A program made the position numbers and the translations under genes. The notes under the pieces were generated by a model. That model was not told the origin of the DNA. It searched no databases and saw nothing but the letters and a program-made list of their open reading frames with translations. DNA of 64,000 nucleotides from Nibricoccus sp. Lineage in GTDB: Bacteria; Verrucomicrobiota; Verrucomicrobiia; Opitutales; Opitutaceae. Location: the NCBI GenBank assembly GCA_047602425.1, contig JASGHG010000001.1:640001-704000 (forward strand), in the 5' to 3' direction. This document shows positions 38,701 through 48,500 of the stretch, in pieces; position 1 is the first letter of the stretch; every line of letters begins with the position of its first letter.

Positions 38701-41470
38701 GCGTCCAGTTAGCAGCGGAACTTGTCGCAACATCGCCAAACACCACGCGGTTGATCGTGCGCGGCGAGTCGAGATGCACGGTGTTGCCCGCCGTCAGATC
38801 GAGCGTGTTGAAATCAGCGGTGTTGGCCGCGCCGTCGGCCACGACAGCGTTGTTCCAATTCGATGGATCGCTCCAGAGTCCGCCCGTGATCGGCTGAATC
38901 CAAGTGCCGTTTCCGATCGAAGCGAGGACGAGGGTGTAGGACTGGCCGGCGTTGTAAGCGGCCTCCGGATTGCCTTGAGCGTCCACGACGCCGCTATTGT
39001 CAGCAAGATTGAGCCGAACCGTACCAACCCCACTAACGGCAACGCTCACGGCAAATGTGTCGCCACTGGTTGCCGAAACAGCTGTGACCGTACCAGTGGC
39101 AGTTCCAGTCGTGCTAAGCGAAAACGCCGCTGGTGTAACTCCACTCACTACATGATTGAACGCGACGCGGAAATCGACGCTGCCGATATTGGAGGGAATG
39201 ATTTGTTGGGTGGGGCTGAGGCGTTGAATGGCCACGCGCGGCGCGCCGGAAAGATTGAGAATAAACTTCGGCGAAGAACGACTCGCCTGACCGGCCTCCG
39301 TAACGGTCGCAAAGAAAGTATTCACACCATCGGGCAGAGAGACGGTCGCGTAATCGAGTAGCCAGATTCCGGTCGCATTGGCGGTCGTCGTGCCAATCGT
39401 GCCAAAACCGTTGCGCGTGATGGCCACGGTCGCTCCGGGCGCAGCTGTGCCAATGAAAACAAATACGCGGTCCGAGGTCGTTGCGCCGCTCGTGTATGTG
39501 CCGGTATCACCGACCGCCGAGGTAATCGTCGGCATGATCAGACCACTTTGGAAAGTCGCTGCGGTCGAAACCGGGCTATTGTGACCGTACGCGTCAGTCG
39601 CAACCGCGGTGACGCTGTGCAAGCCGTCGGCAAGCACGCCCGCAATCGTGATCGTCCATGTACCGTCAGCTCCGACCGTGGCAGAGCCGGCAGGAGTCGC
39701 ACCGTCGAGTGTAATAGCGACGATCCGGCCAGGTTCGGCCGTACCCGAAACCAAGAGTGGATTGGCGCCTATGTAGGTAATCGCTGGTGTGGCGATCGGG
39801 CCGTCGAGTTCCACTGCGTCGAAAACATAGCTCGCGCTCAGGAAAGGCCCGATGTCTGACGTGCCGCTGACGGGCGTGAGCGTGAGCGTATTCGTTCCGG
39901 CGACGAGCGCGCTGGCCGGAATGGTCCAACTGAAAGTGTTGTTGTTTCCACGATAGGTGCCGACCGTGATCGTGCGGGTGCCAGGCTGCGAAGGCGCAGC
40001 GGGAACGGAGGAATTCCAAACGTTGTTCACGTTCACCGTGGGACGTCCGCCCGCATAGTTGCAGGTGATCCCAACGCGAATCGTTAGATCTGTTACCTGG
40101 TTTGGCGCGAGATTGAACTTGATCGTCGTAGGACTGTTCTTGAGACGAAATTCAGCTGATGGAAAAGCCACCAGTGGATCGACACCCACCGTATAAGTGA
40201 TCGGGCCCCACGGCGTCATGCGCACATCGGTCGGATGCATGGTGGTAAGTTTGTCGGCGTTCATGAAACCCGCAGGCGTGCCATCCCATTCGCCAATGCG
40301 GAAAATCACCGAGGGAGTTGCCTCCGTTGAAACGAGATTGAGCGGAGTCGTGGCGCCAGCGGTCACCACAACATCGTTCTGCACCGCGACCTCGAACTCG
40401 CCCTTGAAAAGCGTGGCTTTATAAGTGCCCGGAAGCATTCCGGCGCAGATGTAGTTGCCGCTGTTGTTGACCGTGGCCCAATATTGGCCGGAGGGGCCGG
40501 AGAAGCCGACCACAGCCTGGAACTGTGCCGGTACTCCGGAGGCGGTACCGCTCACGCTTCCGCGTCCGGAAGCAGGAGTCCAACCGAGGAGATTCAGCGA
40601 ATCGAACCACGTGAGATCCGGCGAGACGGGAGCGGTGCCATTGTTAAAAACGTAGGTATAGGCATTGAGAATGCCGTAGCGATAGATGTCGGTTTGGGCT
40701 TCACCGTAGTTGATCATCGCATACACTTCCTGATCGCCGCCCTCCTGCGCGATCAAACACCGGTAGAAGGGGCCGCCCGACATGCCTTCGTTATTGCCCT
40801 TCACCATCCAGACGCCAACGCCGGGGCCGCTCGCGCCAATGTAGTTCCAATCCATCTGCCGCATATTCGAATAGTGTTTCGAACGCGTCGTGCCGTCGGC
40901 CATGCCAAAGATATCCGCCGATTCGATCGCACCAATATTGTCGCGGATATCCGAAGGCGCGGGACCGTCCGGCAACAGCGTCGAAGGGATGCGCATGATG
41001 TACCTAACCAATCCATGCACATCAGGCTCCGAGGTGAAGTAGTCACCCATGTAGATATTCGAGTCGCCACGACGCGCGATATAGTAATGTGTGAGATTTC
41101 CGCCGATGACAGTGACCTTGATAATGTCATTGCCTACTGTTTCGGCATTCACCGTGACCGCCGAAATACCGTTGTACAGCCAGTCAAAGCCCGAGTTGAC
41201 CTGCGAACCACGCGACTGGTTTTGGTATTCGACACCGTTGTAAACCAGACTCGCGATGTCACCGGGAGACTGCGTGCTGGAACCGCGATCGATGCGCCGC
41301 ACTTTAAAAACCAAGCCGGCGCCCGTATCGATGGTATAGAAATCCGTCGAGGTTGTTAGGCCAAACTCGGCAAAAGCCGTCGCGGGAAAAAGCGCGGCGA
41401 GAAACAGCAGGGCTGTGAATACGCGGTGCAAACCGCGGATTCGATTATTGTGGGATGTATTGTGATGCAT
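35798..41470 (-). CDS. Large secreted rhamnogalacturonan lyase (PL4) with Big domains, autotransporter-associated beta-strand repeats, He_PIG, MBG and the same C-terminal tail
   Basis: Signal peptide; FGLTT..YTIDTGAGLVFKV, TRSKHYS, SGGPFYR, FRIGEWDGTP, TTMHPTDVRM; GGVTKNGAGTLVLGGANT and GGFTKIGEGTLTL repeats. Confidence 0.88.
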   Translation of the reverse strand: MHHNTSHNNRIRGLHRVFTALLFLAALFPATAFAEFGLTTSTDFYTIDTGAGLVFKVRRIDRGSSTQSPGDIASLVYNGVEYQNQSRGSQVNSGFDWLYNGISAVTVNAETVGNDIIKVTVIGGNLTHYYIARRGDSNIYMGDYFTSEPDVHGLVRYIMRIPSTLLPDGPAPSDIRDNIGAIESADIFGMADGTTRSKHYSNMRQMDWNYIGASGPGVGVWMVKGNNEGMSGGPFYRCLIAQEGGDQEVYAMINYGEAQTDIYRYGILNAYTYVFNNGTAPVSPDLTWFDSLNLLGWTPASGRGSVSGTASGVPAQFQAVVGFSGPSGQYWATVNNSGNYICAGMLPGTYKATLFKGEFEVAVQNDVVVTAGATTPLNLVSTEATPSVIFRIGEWDGTPAGFMNADKLTTMHPTDVRMTPWGPITYTVGVDPLVAFPSAEFRLKNSPTTIKFNLAPNQVTDLTIRVGITCNYAGGRPTVNVNNVWNSSVPAAPSQPGTRTITVGTYRGNNNTFSWTIPASALVAGTNTLTLTPVSGTSDIGPFLSASYVFDAVELDGPIATPAITYIGANPLLVSGTAEPGRIVAITLDGATPAGSATVGADGTWTITIAGVLADGLHSVTAVATDAYGHNSPVSTAATFQSGLIMPTITSAVGDTGTYTSGATTSDRVFVFIGTAAPGATVAITRNGFGTIGTTTANATGIWLLDYATVSLPDGVNTFFATVTEAGQASRSSPKFILNLSGAPRVAIQRLSPTQQIIPSNIGSVDFRVAFNHVVSGVTPAAFSLSTTGTATGTVTAVSATSGDTFAVSVAVSGVGTVRLNLADNSGVVDAQGNPEAAYNAGQSYTLVLASIGNGTWIQPITGGLWSDPSNWNNAVVADGAANTADFNTLDLTAGNTVHLDSPRTINRVVFGDVATSSAANWTLDGNGSAANKLTLAGTSPTLTVNGVTGGTGTAFGLNGTIARVDASIAGTGGVTKNGAGTLVLGGANTVTGALNVNTGYIDLPTGGALNLGSGAINLSTNTILQVSGGSVATTGLVTNNTGRIIVSNGAVSLGNYRTAGNFGATLLVSGGSVTTGSVSVTRNAGTAPDYGTGVIVTGGTLATTDIGLGTLNSYGNMSIEGGLVTASGPITIGWQQTGARGGALRVIGGTLISTDTAYGLLLCRNNGANANNVGTAIFTGGVSTVEKFTLGFDPTVTAGSATITLNGGTLYLGSGGIVKNGASTLVTNLNFSSGILGAKADWSTALNINLPASGNVTIKTADSSDEPFNISLNGIVGGAGGFTKIGEGTLTLDGGGVHTYTGTTTVNSGTLNVTSTLATATNGVMINSSGILAGTGTINRPITLNAGGGVAPAGPVTIGALTGLSLAWNGGGLLSLDLGANGVSDQLVLSGALTKGADAGWSLALNATEPLAHGNSYTVATFGSTTFASGDFTVTGLPDGFAGVTTVDANSLRVSIVARPVITSDTSRSGTFGDAFSYTITADNAPTSFSASGLPPGLTLDSATGVISGTLGAAGTFNVALGATNLAGTGASTLTITVAPMPVVLSFGNGSGRNPLRLSYDGSPKTPVITTNPPGLPVTFTYNGSTTPPTLPGTYEVVAIISDPNYTGSVSGTLVISITALVRHAPVLNGDLDGSLQMLNGEYVTLNSRGYVAGDLLVPGLPTLRLNGTPTFGGIQDATGAATPTNYSVTLNHSAVLRYLVRRVDPIAMPSVSVPPSPTGTRTVLIYKAGQTPGDFATLRNLILTGAVGFVAVPPGNYGNLTANAGSGFTLGVAGATEPAVYNLQSLILNASAQLRIVGPVTLVLANGTAINFGSTVGDAAHPEWLTLKIAAGGIILNASSTLNGYVIAPTGTVIINANSTVTGEVIADRLIINGDGVLQEPVSTEPLN

Positions 41471-41880
41471 GGTCCAAATGCGGTCAGGGTTGACAGGAGA
41501 AATACGGCGTGCCCGGGCAAAACAACCGCTCGAGCAGATGCGGTGTTATGACGAAACAGGTGATAGGGGTAAGCGTTTGTGGGTATCGAAACTGGCTCCT
41601 GCCGCACGAGTAATGATGCTGCGCCTCGTGCAAGGTTTGAGCCCTTAAAATTGCACAGATGATTCATTCGGCAAATATATCAAGCCTCGCACCGCCCGCC
41701 GTCTCCAGCCTCCTAGGAGGCATCACAAGAAATAGGGATGCGTCCGGGAGGAGCTTTTACGTTCATTCCGCACAGAAAGAACCACAGGAAGTCTGCACGC
41801 TTCTTAAAAACCCGGCAAAAAAGTAACGCTATTTTTTGTCCGTTTACGGCCTCGGCGGGCCTTATAGAGTGAAAGCCACC

Positions 41881-41934
41881 ATGATGGACGATGCCGAACT
41901 CCTGCGCCGCGCAATCGAGCATCGAGAAACTTGA
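41881..41934 (+). pseudogene. Truncated 5' remnant of an ECF sigma factor gene
   Basis: Translates MMDDAELLRR then AIEHRET-stop; upstream A/T-tract promoter-like sequence at 41817-41875. Confidence 0.5.
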
Positions 41935-42028
41935 ACTGACTCGTTGTAACCAATACATTTCCACCTTTTAGATGGTTTAACTTGATCGTTTTTAGCCTCG
42001 TGGATCAAAGTATTTGTTTTCCCCGAGC

Positions 42029-43378
42029 ATGACTCCCCTACGCTGTTTCCTATTATCTTTTCTGTTTTTCCTCCCTACCGACACACTCCCGCTTCACGGC
42101 GAAGGTTCGACCTGTTCTTTTGCCGACGTTGTGAAACAAGGTTGGGGCGACTCCAGGAATAGCGGAGTAGTCGGCGCCGAAATCGATGGAACCAAAATCT
42201 CCTTCTTTGCCGCAGGAAATGTCGGCGTCGATGCGCCGCCCGAAGAGGTCATTTTCGAAATCGGCTCAATCACCAAGGTGTTCACCGGACTGTTGCTCGG
42301 TCAGGCGGTGGTGGATGGAATGGTTCGTCTCGACGATCCGGTCTCAAAGTTTTTGCCCGCCACCGTAAAGTTACATCCGTCAGTCGCGGCGGTCACACTC
42401 GAACAGCTCGCTACGCACACCTCGGGCTTGGTCAACAATCCGGACAATCTCACCAATGCCGATCCTCTGAATCCGTTCGCCGACTACACCGTTTCGCAAT
42501 TCTACGAATTTCTCGTACAGCAACAGCTCGAAGGTCCGGCACCCCACCCCTACTCCTATTCCAATGCGGGTGTCGGGCTGCTTGGTCATATTCTGGAACT
42601 GTCGTACCACAAAACCTTCGCCGAACTCGTCGCCCAAAAAATTGCCCAGCCGCTTGGCATGAATGATACGGTTGTGACGTTGAGCGACAGCCAAACAAAA
42701 CGCTTCGCAGCGCCCCACGACAAAGAAAAACCGGCCAAGGCTTGGCTCTTGCCTACGCTGGCCGGGGCCGGAGCGCTTAGGTCGACTGCGGCCGATATGG
42801 CAAAGCTCATTCAAACTTTGGCCTCCGAGAACAACCCGCTGAAAGCCGCTTGGGATGTGGCACGCGAACCTAGAATCAAAGTTCACTCCAACCAAACCGG
42901 TCTTGGCATCGCGATGGTGCAGAGATCCGGAACATATTGGTATTTCCACGCCGGAGGCACGGGGGGCTTCCGCAGCATGATCGAATTCTCTCCCGAGGCA
43001 AAACGCGGCTTCGTGCTTCTCGCCAATAATACCCAGCCCGAGCTGCAAGGACTCATTGAACGACTGCATGTCGACCCTCTCGACCCAAACCGCCCCGAGC
43101 AACCAATCGAGCCGAAAAAACTCAAGGAATATGCCGGTATTTACCGGGTCGGCGAAGAGATAGAACTGGTCGCCGCGATAGGCCGGGAAAAACGTCTCCT
43201 GGTTTGTTTCACCGGACAAGACTACGGTCCGCCTTTGTCCTATGCTGGCAACGATCGATTTTTTTCCAGGAAAGTCGCCGCTGAGTTTGAATTCAGCCGG
43301 GACGCCCATGGAAAAATCGAAACCATGACACTGATTCAAAACGGCCGCCGGCTCACGGCGCAAAGAATCGAAGAATAA
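42029..43378 (+). CDS. Serine hydrolase, beta-lactamase class C/PBP-like family, with a DUF3471-like C-terminus
   Basis: SxxK (FEIGSITK), LATHTSGL, YSN, HAGGTGGF; signal peptide. Confidence 0.9.
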   Translation: MTPLRCFLLSFLFFLPTDTLPLHGEGSTCSFADVVKQGWGDSRNSGVVGAEIDGTKISFFAAGNVGVDAPPEEVIFEIGSITKVFTGLLLGQAVVDGMVRLDDPVSKFLPATVKLHPSVAAVTLEQLATHTSGLVNNPDNLTNADPLNPFADYTVSQFYEFLVQQQLEGPAPHPYSYSNAGVGLLGHILELSYHKTFAELVAQKIAQPLGMNDTVVTLSDSQTKRFAAPHDKEKPAKAWLLPTLAGAGALRSTAADMAKLIQTLASENNPLKAAWDVAREPRIKVHSNQTGLGIAMVQRSGTYWYFHAGGTGGFRSMIEFSPEAKRGFVLLANNTQPELQGLIERLHVDPLDPNRPEQPIEPKKLKEYAGIYRVGEEIELVAAIGREKRLLVCFTGQDYGPPLSYAGNDRFFSRKVAAEFEFSRDAHGKIETMTLIQNGRRLTAQRIEE

Positions 43379-43518
43379 TAATCTGCTCAGTTTTTGAAAT
43401 ATGCGGAGCCCTCACCACTCCCGGGAAGCGCACTCGTCAAAAAGGCTCTGATCACGCTGTTACTTGTCGGGTGAATAATCTTGTGCAGTCTGTATACCTA
43501 ACAAGCCCAGCCATCACG

Positions 43519-44148
43519 ATGAACTCCGAGTCTGAAATGCAATTGATCGCGTTCGCCTCAGTCGAAAAATGGGAGCAATGGCTCGCGGCAAACCATAAGC
43601 TTAGCGATGGCATCTGGATTAAGTTTGCCAAAAAGGCCTCGGGCATTCCGTCCATCACTTATGCCGAGGCGCTCGAAGTGGCACTGTGCCATGGCTGGAT
43701 CGACGGGCAGCTCAAATCGATCGACGCCGTTTTCTTTAGACAACGCTTCACTCCCCGCCGGCCGCGCAGTCTCTGGTCGAAGCGCAACATCGAAAAAGTA
43801 GCTGCGTTGATTGCCGCCGGCCGGATGAAACCCGCCGGACAGGAACAAATTGATGCCGCCAAAAGCGATGGCCGTTGGGCTGCCGCGTATGATTCGCCGT
43901 CGACCATGCAAGTGCCTTCCGATTTTCAAACCGCCCTCGACGCGAATCCCAAGGCCCGCGCCTTTTTCGCCAGCCTCAAACGCAGCAACGTCTACGCCTT
44001 TCTCTACCGGCTCCAAACCTTGAAGCGCCCGGAAACCCGCGCCGCCCGAATCAAGGAATACATTCGTCTGCTCAAGGCCGGAAAAGTACTGCACCTCTTC
44101 GCGCCGAAGAAAGAGCCCGCGGTCAAACCGCAGAAAAAACGAGCGTGA
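43519..44148 (+). CDS. YdeI/OmpD-associated family protein
   Basis: WEQWLAANH, ALCHGWIDG, FTPRRPRSLWSKRN, KRPETRAARI. Confidence 0.9.
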   Translation: MNSESEMQLIAFASVEKWEQWLAANHKLSDGIWIKFAKKASGIPSITYAEALEVALCHGWIDGQLKSIDAVFFRQRFTPRRPRSLWSKRNIEKVAALIAAGRMKPAGQEQIDAAKSDGRWAAAYDSPSTMQVPSDFQTALDANPKARAFFASLKRSNVYAFLYRLQTLKRPETRAARIKEYIRLLKAGKVLHLFAPKKEPAVKPQKKRA

Positions 44149-44224
44149 TTTCGGGAGATGTTTGCTCGATATAGGCACGCGGTCTTGTTGCGCCCTGGGT
44201 GGAAAGCTAACGTGCGCGGAGCGC

Positions 44225-45463
44225 TCACGGGCCACGCAATAGCACTTTCCCGGTCGGCGAAGCCGGAACGGCCCCTTTGGGTTCGCGGGTGATGAGGATT
44301 TCCGCGGGAGCCTGACTCGTGGAAGGCAAGGTGTAGGACACGCTGCCCGATCCGCCATAATACTGGGACGGAATCGTGCCAACATTCTGATACGAACCCG
44401 AATCCGGTTGCTTGACCCAAAGTTGAAGCGTCTGGTCCGCTGGCGTCGCCGGCAGGTTGTAGAGATTGAGATATCCGCGCTGCGCAGTTTCGTCGTACAC
44501 CGACCAAGCATAAGGTTCCGGCGTGGTGGTTGTGGGTGGCACCGTGGGCGTCTGAGCTGATGGCTGTGGTGGCGACGGCGCTGGTGTTGGTGACGGTGGC
44601 GTCAAAATAGTGGCGCCAGGCCCTGTAGATGGCGGCGGTGTGATGGAGGGAACAGGCGGTGTGGTATCGGTTGGAGGCGTGGTGTCGGTCGGCGGAATGG
44701 TCTGAGTGGGTGTTGGAATGGCCGGACTGATGGCGACGATGCCCGGCTCCGTCAGTATGCCACGCGCTAGGTCCACGAGACCTTTGTGTTCGCCGCGCTC
44801 ATAACTTTGAGAATCCACCAACTCGATTGCGGTCAGACGCCCGCCGTCGGCACCGATGAGCGAGAGCTGACGTTGCATGATGGCATATTTTGCCCGCAAT
44901 TCTTCATGGGCACGTTCAAGTGCGGCATGCTCGCTGCGGAGCCGCTCGATCTGCTTTGCCTCTTCTAAAATTTTTTCGCGAACTGCTGCGTTTTCCGAGG
45001 AGACGATTTTTTCGGCAGTCGTAGGAATCTTGGCCGTTTCACCCTGAGACTTGTTTTCCGGATTCACCGCCACCGTTGCGTTGTTCCTCGTGCTCGGTTC
45101 TTTCGAGGCTTCCCTGGTAGACGGGCTGGAAATCGGCAGCAAGCGAGCAATCAAAAATCCAAACGCCACCGCCGCCGCAAGCGGCAGTAGGAATCTCCAT
45201 GATTTCCAGCGTGAGCGTGCGCGGCGAGGTTCCTGTGCGATTTCGGTCAACACATCGGAAAGTATCGAGCGCTGGATTGGCGGTGGCAGGGCCTCAGCGG
45301 GCGCTGTTTCACAGGCAAAACGCGCAACGGCGTCGGAACACAGTTTGAGTTCGTTCTGAGCCGCGGGATCCTGGGCGAGCCTTTCCTCAAAAGCCGCGCG
45401 CGCCTCGGCGTCGAGTTCGCCGAGAAGATAGCGCAGGGCATCTGTTTTAAATTCGTCAGTCAT
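44225..45463 (-). CDS. Anti-sigma factor (RskA-like) with a coiled coil and a Pro/Thr-rich insert
   Basis: YLLGELDAEARAAFE N-terminus, one TM segment, C-terminal NLPATPADQTLQLW..ITREPKG..PTG; ATG overlaps the sigma stop. Confidence 0.85.
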   Translation of the reverse strand: MTDEFKTDALRYLLGELDAEARAAFEERLAQDPAAQNELKLCSDAVARFACETAPAEALPPPIQRSILSDVLTEIAQEPRRARSRWKSWRFLLPLAAAVAFGFLIARLLPISSPSTREASKEPSTRNNATVAVNPENKSQGETAKIPTTAEKIVSSENAAVREKILEEAKQIERLRSEHAALERAHEELRAKYAIMQRQLSLIGADGGRLTAIELVDSQSYERGEHKGLVDLARGILTEPGIVAISPAIPTPTQTIPPTDTTPPTDTTPPVPSITPPPSTGPGATILTPPSPTPAPSPPQPSAQTPTVPPTTTTPEPYAWSVYDETAQRGYLNLYNLPATPADQTLQLWVKQPDSGSYQNVGTIPSQYYGGSGSVSYTLPSTSQAPAEILITREPKGAVPASPTGKVLLRGP

Positions 45464-46052
45464 GGCTCGTGACAATCTGTCGGAGTTTGGCGAGTCCGCG
45501 GCGCAGGTGATTTTTCACATTACCCACGGGAGTCTGCATGGCGGAAGCGATCTCCGCCTGCGAACAGCCGGCAAAGAACGCGAGTTCGAGTGCGCGCCGT
45601 TGGGCTGGTGACAATTGGGCAAGGTCGTTGGCGAGGCTGTCCTGCATCTCGATTTCGACTGCGGGCGATTTGCCGGTTTCTTCCGGTTGTTTTTGCAGCA
45701 CTTCGTAAACGAGCCGCCGGCGGGCTCCCTGGCGCACCCGGTCGATCGCCACGTGTCGCGCCATGAAGACGAGCCAGGAAACCACCTCGCCTTTCTCAGG
45801 ACGGTAGGAACCCGCCTGTCGCCAGAGTTTGACGAATGTATCCTGCACTGCTTCACGCGCATCCTCGGGGTCTTCCAGCACACGACGCACCACACCGTGA
45901 ACGATTCCTCCAAACTCGAGGTAAAGCAGTTGCATCGCCTCGGTGTCGCCCGCAACAAGACGGGCGACGAGCCGGCGGTGACTGGCCTGAGCTTCTGCAT
46001 CAAAAGGAACCACGGCGCTGGAAAGGAAACAATTCCGAGGCGGCAAACTCAA
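45456..46052 (-). CDS. ECF sigma-70 factor (SigK-like)
   Basis: AREAVQDTFVKLW, SWLVFMARHVAIDR, LSPAQRRALELAFF..SQAEIA..PVGNVK; exact start uncertain. Confidence 0.9.
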   Translation of the reverse strand: MSLPPRNCFLSSAVVPFDAEAQASHRRLVARLVAGDTEAMQLLYLEFGGIVHGVVRRVLEDPEDAREAVQDTFVKLWRQAGSYRPEKGEVVSWLVFMARHVAIDRVRQGARRRLVYEVLQKQPEETGKSPAVEIEMQDSLANDLAQLSPAQRRALELAFFAGCSQAEIASAMQTPVGNVKNHLRRGLAKLRQIVTSHD

Positions 46053-46072
46053 GATTTGCCGCCAGGCAGTAG

Positions 46073-46771
46073 TTAAAGGTTCCAGCGCAAAGTCGCAAAC
46101 ACCTCGTGCGCATCGCGGGCGAAGCTCGGGTTGAAGTTCACGTACTTGTAGCGCACCGAAAGCTGCAGTTTTTCCGTCAGCCCAAGCACCAGGCCGGCGG
46201 TGACGCCTGCGCTCACTTTGTCGTCAGTTTCTGAATACATCAGGTGCTGCGTTGGAGACAGCGATACAAAACGTTCGTGCACCTGCCGGCGCAATCTCAC
46301 CCAGTTGACCTCCGGACTCAGCATGACGCTCAGTTTGCCCACCAGAGGGAGAATTGCTTCAGGACCGACACTAACCACATGGAGATTATCCTCGATCGTC
46401 GTGTAGAATGAAGGCGGAGCCACCAGCAGGATATCGACTGGCATGCCGCCGACATACTGCGCTTCCCAGGCGGTTTGCGCCGTGAGATTGCGCACCGATT
46501 GATAAGACACGTGAATGCCGAACCGTTCATCAAATCTATAGCCCGCCGATAACACCGGAAAATTTTTGGTTTTCTGCTCGCTGGTCAATTTACCCGACCA
46601 GCGGTAAATCGCGGGAAAGGCGAACTGGGCAAAAAGTCGCGGCATGGCCGCGGTGGCGTCGGAATTGCTGAACGAAGCGTGTCCACCGCCGGCCTCGACG
46701 TAAAAACCCGGACTAGCCGAAACAGGTCCCATAACCAGCAGCGCAACCAAAAGACAAAGCAGCGTTTTCAT
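46073..46771 (-). CDS. Outer-membrane beta-barrel protein (OmpA-like barrel)
   Basis: Signal peptide, GFYVEAGGG, AGYRF, amphipathic strands, terminal LRWNL. Confidence 0.75.
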   Translation of the reverse strand: MKTLLCLLVALLVMGPVSASPGFYVEAGGGHASFSNSDATAAMPRLFAQFAFPAIYRWSGKLTSEQKTKNFPVLSAGYRFDERFGIHVSYQSVRNLTAQTAWEAQYVGGMPVDILLVAPPSFYTTIEDNLHVVSVGPEAILPLVGKLSVMLSPEVNWVRLRRQVHERFVSLSPTQHLMYSETDDKVSAGVTAGLVLGLTEKLQLSVRYKYVNFNPSFARDAHEVFATLRWNL

Positions 46772-47103
46772 GATACAAAGAGAAGGAAAAGGAGGAATTT
46801 ATGGATTGTTTGAGACAGAGTTGATTGACGCGTCTCCTTTAATACGGTCGCGGACTCGCAAAAGAATCACCCGCCACAAAAATTTCCGACCCGTCGCTAG
46901 TCTCCATTCCGGAGTATCTTCCGCATCCGCCGTGCGGCCAAGACCGAGCCAAATGAGCATTCGGACCAAAATCGCGCGGTGTTGCGGGAAAAACCAGGAT
47001 TGCGGTGTTATGCTTTATAACGACGTCAGCGGCCTGCCTCTTGACGTTCTGATATGCCCAACCGGTTGCGGCTGACGTCGTCTTTCGGAAAACCACGAAA
47101 GCG

Positions 47104-48204
47104 ATGTCATTTGCCCGTTTCCTCGTCGCATGGCGAATCTTTTCCCGCACGTTGCTCGCGGGAGTATGGCTCTTGTCACTGGTTGTGACACCTGCGCGCG
47201 GAACAACTTCAGAGCCCACGGCCGAAACCGTCGACACGGTCGCAGCTTATCGCCTGCCTGACGACCCGAACGACCTCCTTCGGATCGACAATGAAATGAA
47301 GGCCTTTTTCGAGGCGAGGATTCAGCGGAGCGCATCGGTCGACGCCAAACTTGACGATATAATCGACGCCATTTTCGGCGAAAAAGGCCTGCATTTCCGC
47401 TATGAGTCCGACGGTGTGTATAGCGTGGGCGAGGCCTTTCGCCGCCGCAGAGGCAACTGCCTAACCTTTTCGTTCCTCGTGGTCGCGGTGGCTCGGGAAT
47501 TCGGGATTCCCGCAAAGTTCAACGAAGTCACCGTCGAGCCGCGCTGGATGCGTACCGGCAAAATCGTGATCGCAAGTCGCCACATCAACGTGATCGTCGA
47601 AATAAAAAACACCTCGTATGAACTCGACGTAAAGCTGGACGACGAATTGCCGGTGTCACGTCGTTCGGCTTGTCCAGTGACCGATATCAGGGCGTTCGCC
47701 GGTGCCTACAACGGCGTGGGAGTGCAGCAACTCGCCTTGGGCAACTGCGACGACGGGCTGAAGCTAATCGAAAAAGCAACATTCGTCGATCCAACCTATG
47801 TCGCTGGCTGGACGAATCTGGGTAACGCCCTGGTTTTTGTGGACCGACACGAGCGTGCGCAGCAATGTTTCCAGCGAGCTTTGACCATCGAACCAAAGTC
47901 CCTCGCAGCGCTGAGCGGGCTGGCCTCCGTCTGTCGAAAAACAGGACGCATCTCCGAAGCGAAGAAATTGGAGCGCATGGTGATCCGCTACCGCGAGCGC
48001 AATCCCTACTATTTGCTCAGTCTCGCACGCGACGAACTGGCGAAAGGCAAATTCGACACCGCCCGCAGTTACCTCAAACGCGCCCTCAACCTCAAGGACA
48101 ACGAAGTCGAGTTCTACCAACTCATGGCCGAAGTCGCACGAGGACAGGGACACGAAAAAGAAGCGAAGCGATGGCTGGAGAAATCGAAGAAGGTCAATTC
48201 GTAG
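47104..48204 (+). CDS. Exported transglutaminase-like (SirB1-type) + TPR protein
   Basis: RRGNCLTFS, HINV and ELD form a putative Cys-His-Asp triad; C-terminal TPR helices (AGWTNLGNAL, ARSYLKRAL). Confidence 0.8.
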   Translation: MSFARFLVAWRIFSRTLLAGVWLLSLVVTPARGTTSEPTAETVDTVAAYRLPDDPNDLLRIDNEMKAFFEARIQRSASVDAKLDDIIDAIFGEKGLHFRYESDGVYSVGEAFRRRRGNCLTFSFLVVAVAREFGIPAKFNEVTVEPRWMRTGKIVIASRHINVIVEIKNTSYELDVKLDDELPVSRRSACPVTDIRAFAGAYNGVGVQQLALGNCDDGLKLIEKATFVDPTYVAGWTNLGNALVFVDRHERAQQCFQRALTIEPKSLAALSGLASVCRKTGRISEAKKLERMVIRYRERNPYYLLSLARDELAKGKFDTARSYLKRALNLKDNEVEFYQLMAEVARGQGHEKEAKRWLEKSKKVNS

Positions 48205-48500
48205 CGTGCAAAGGCGTCAGGCACCCACAAAGAAGACCGAACGAACAGCCAGAAAGAAAGATTTGTTTAAAAACCACTCGCAATCGGTAGTCGATTTGCA
48301 CGAACACCTGCCATTTTTGAGTAAAAAAGAACGAAGATTGGCGTGACCATCACCATCGGAAAGAAAGGTAATTTGCATCTAGAAAACTGTATCGCGGTTG
48401 AGGAAGAAATTCTCTGAAGGGCTATCTTGAACATACTTTTCAGAGCCACCTTTTCGAAGCGCCGAGACAGGAAGCGCAAATAAACATACCCTATCATAAT

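Noticed and set aside
41539..41550. 12-mer tgcggtgttatg repeated at 47001-47012
   Set aside because: About one such match is expected by chance, and the positions relative to genes are inconsistent
42029..43378. Antibiotic-resistance beta-lactamase
   Set aside because: Motifs support only the broad serine hydrolase family; HAG in place of KTG and the extra C-terminal domain point to peptidase/esterase-like members
48240..48480. AT-rich stretch with broken frames as a pseudogene
   Set aside because: No fragment could be assigned to a family by eye
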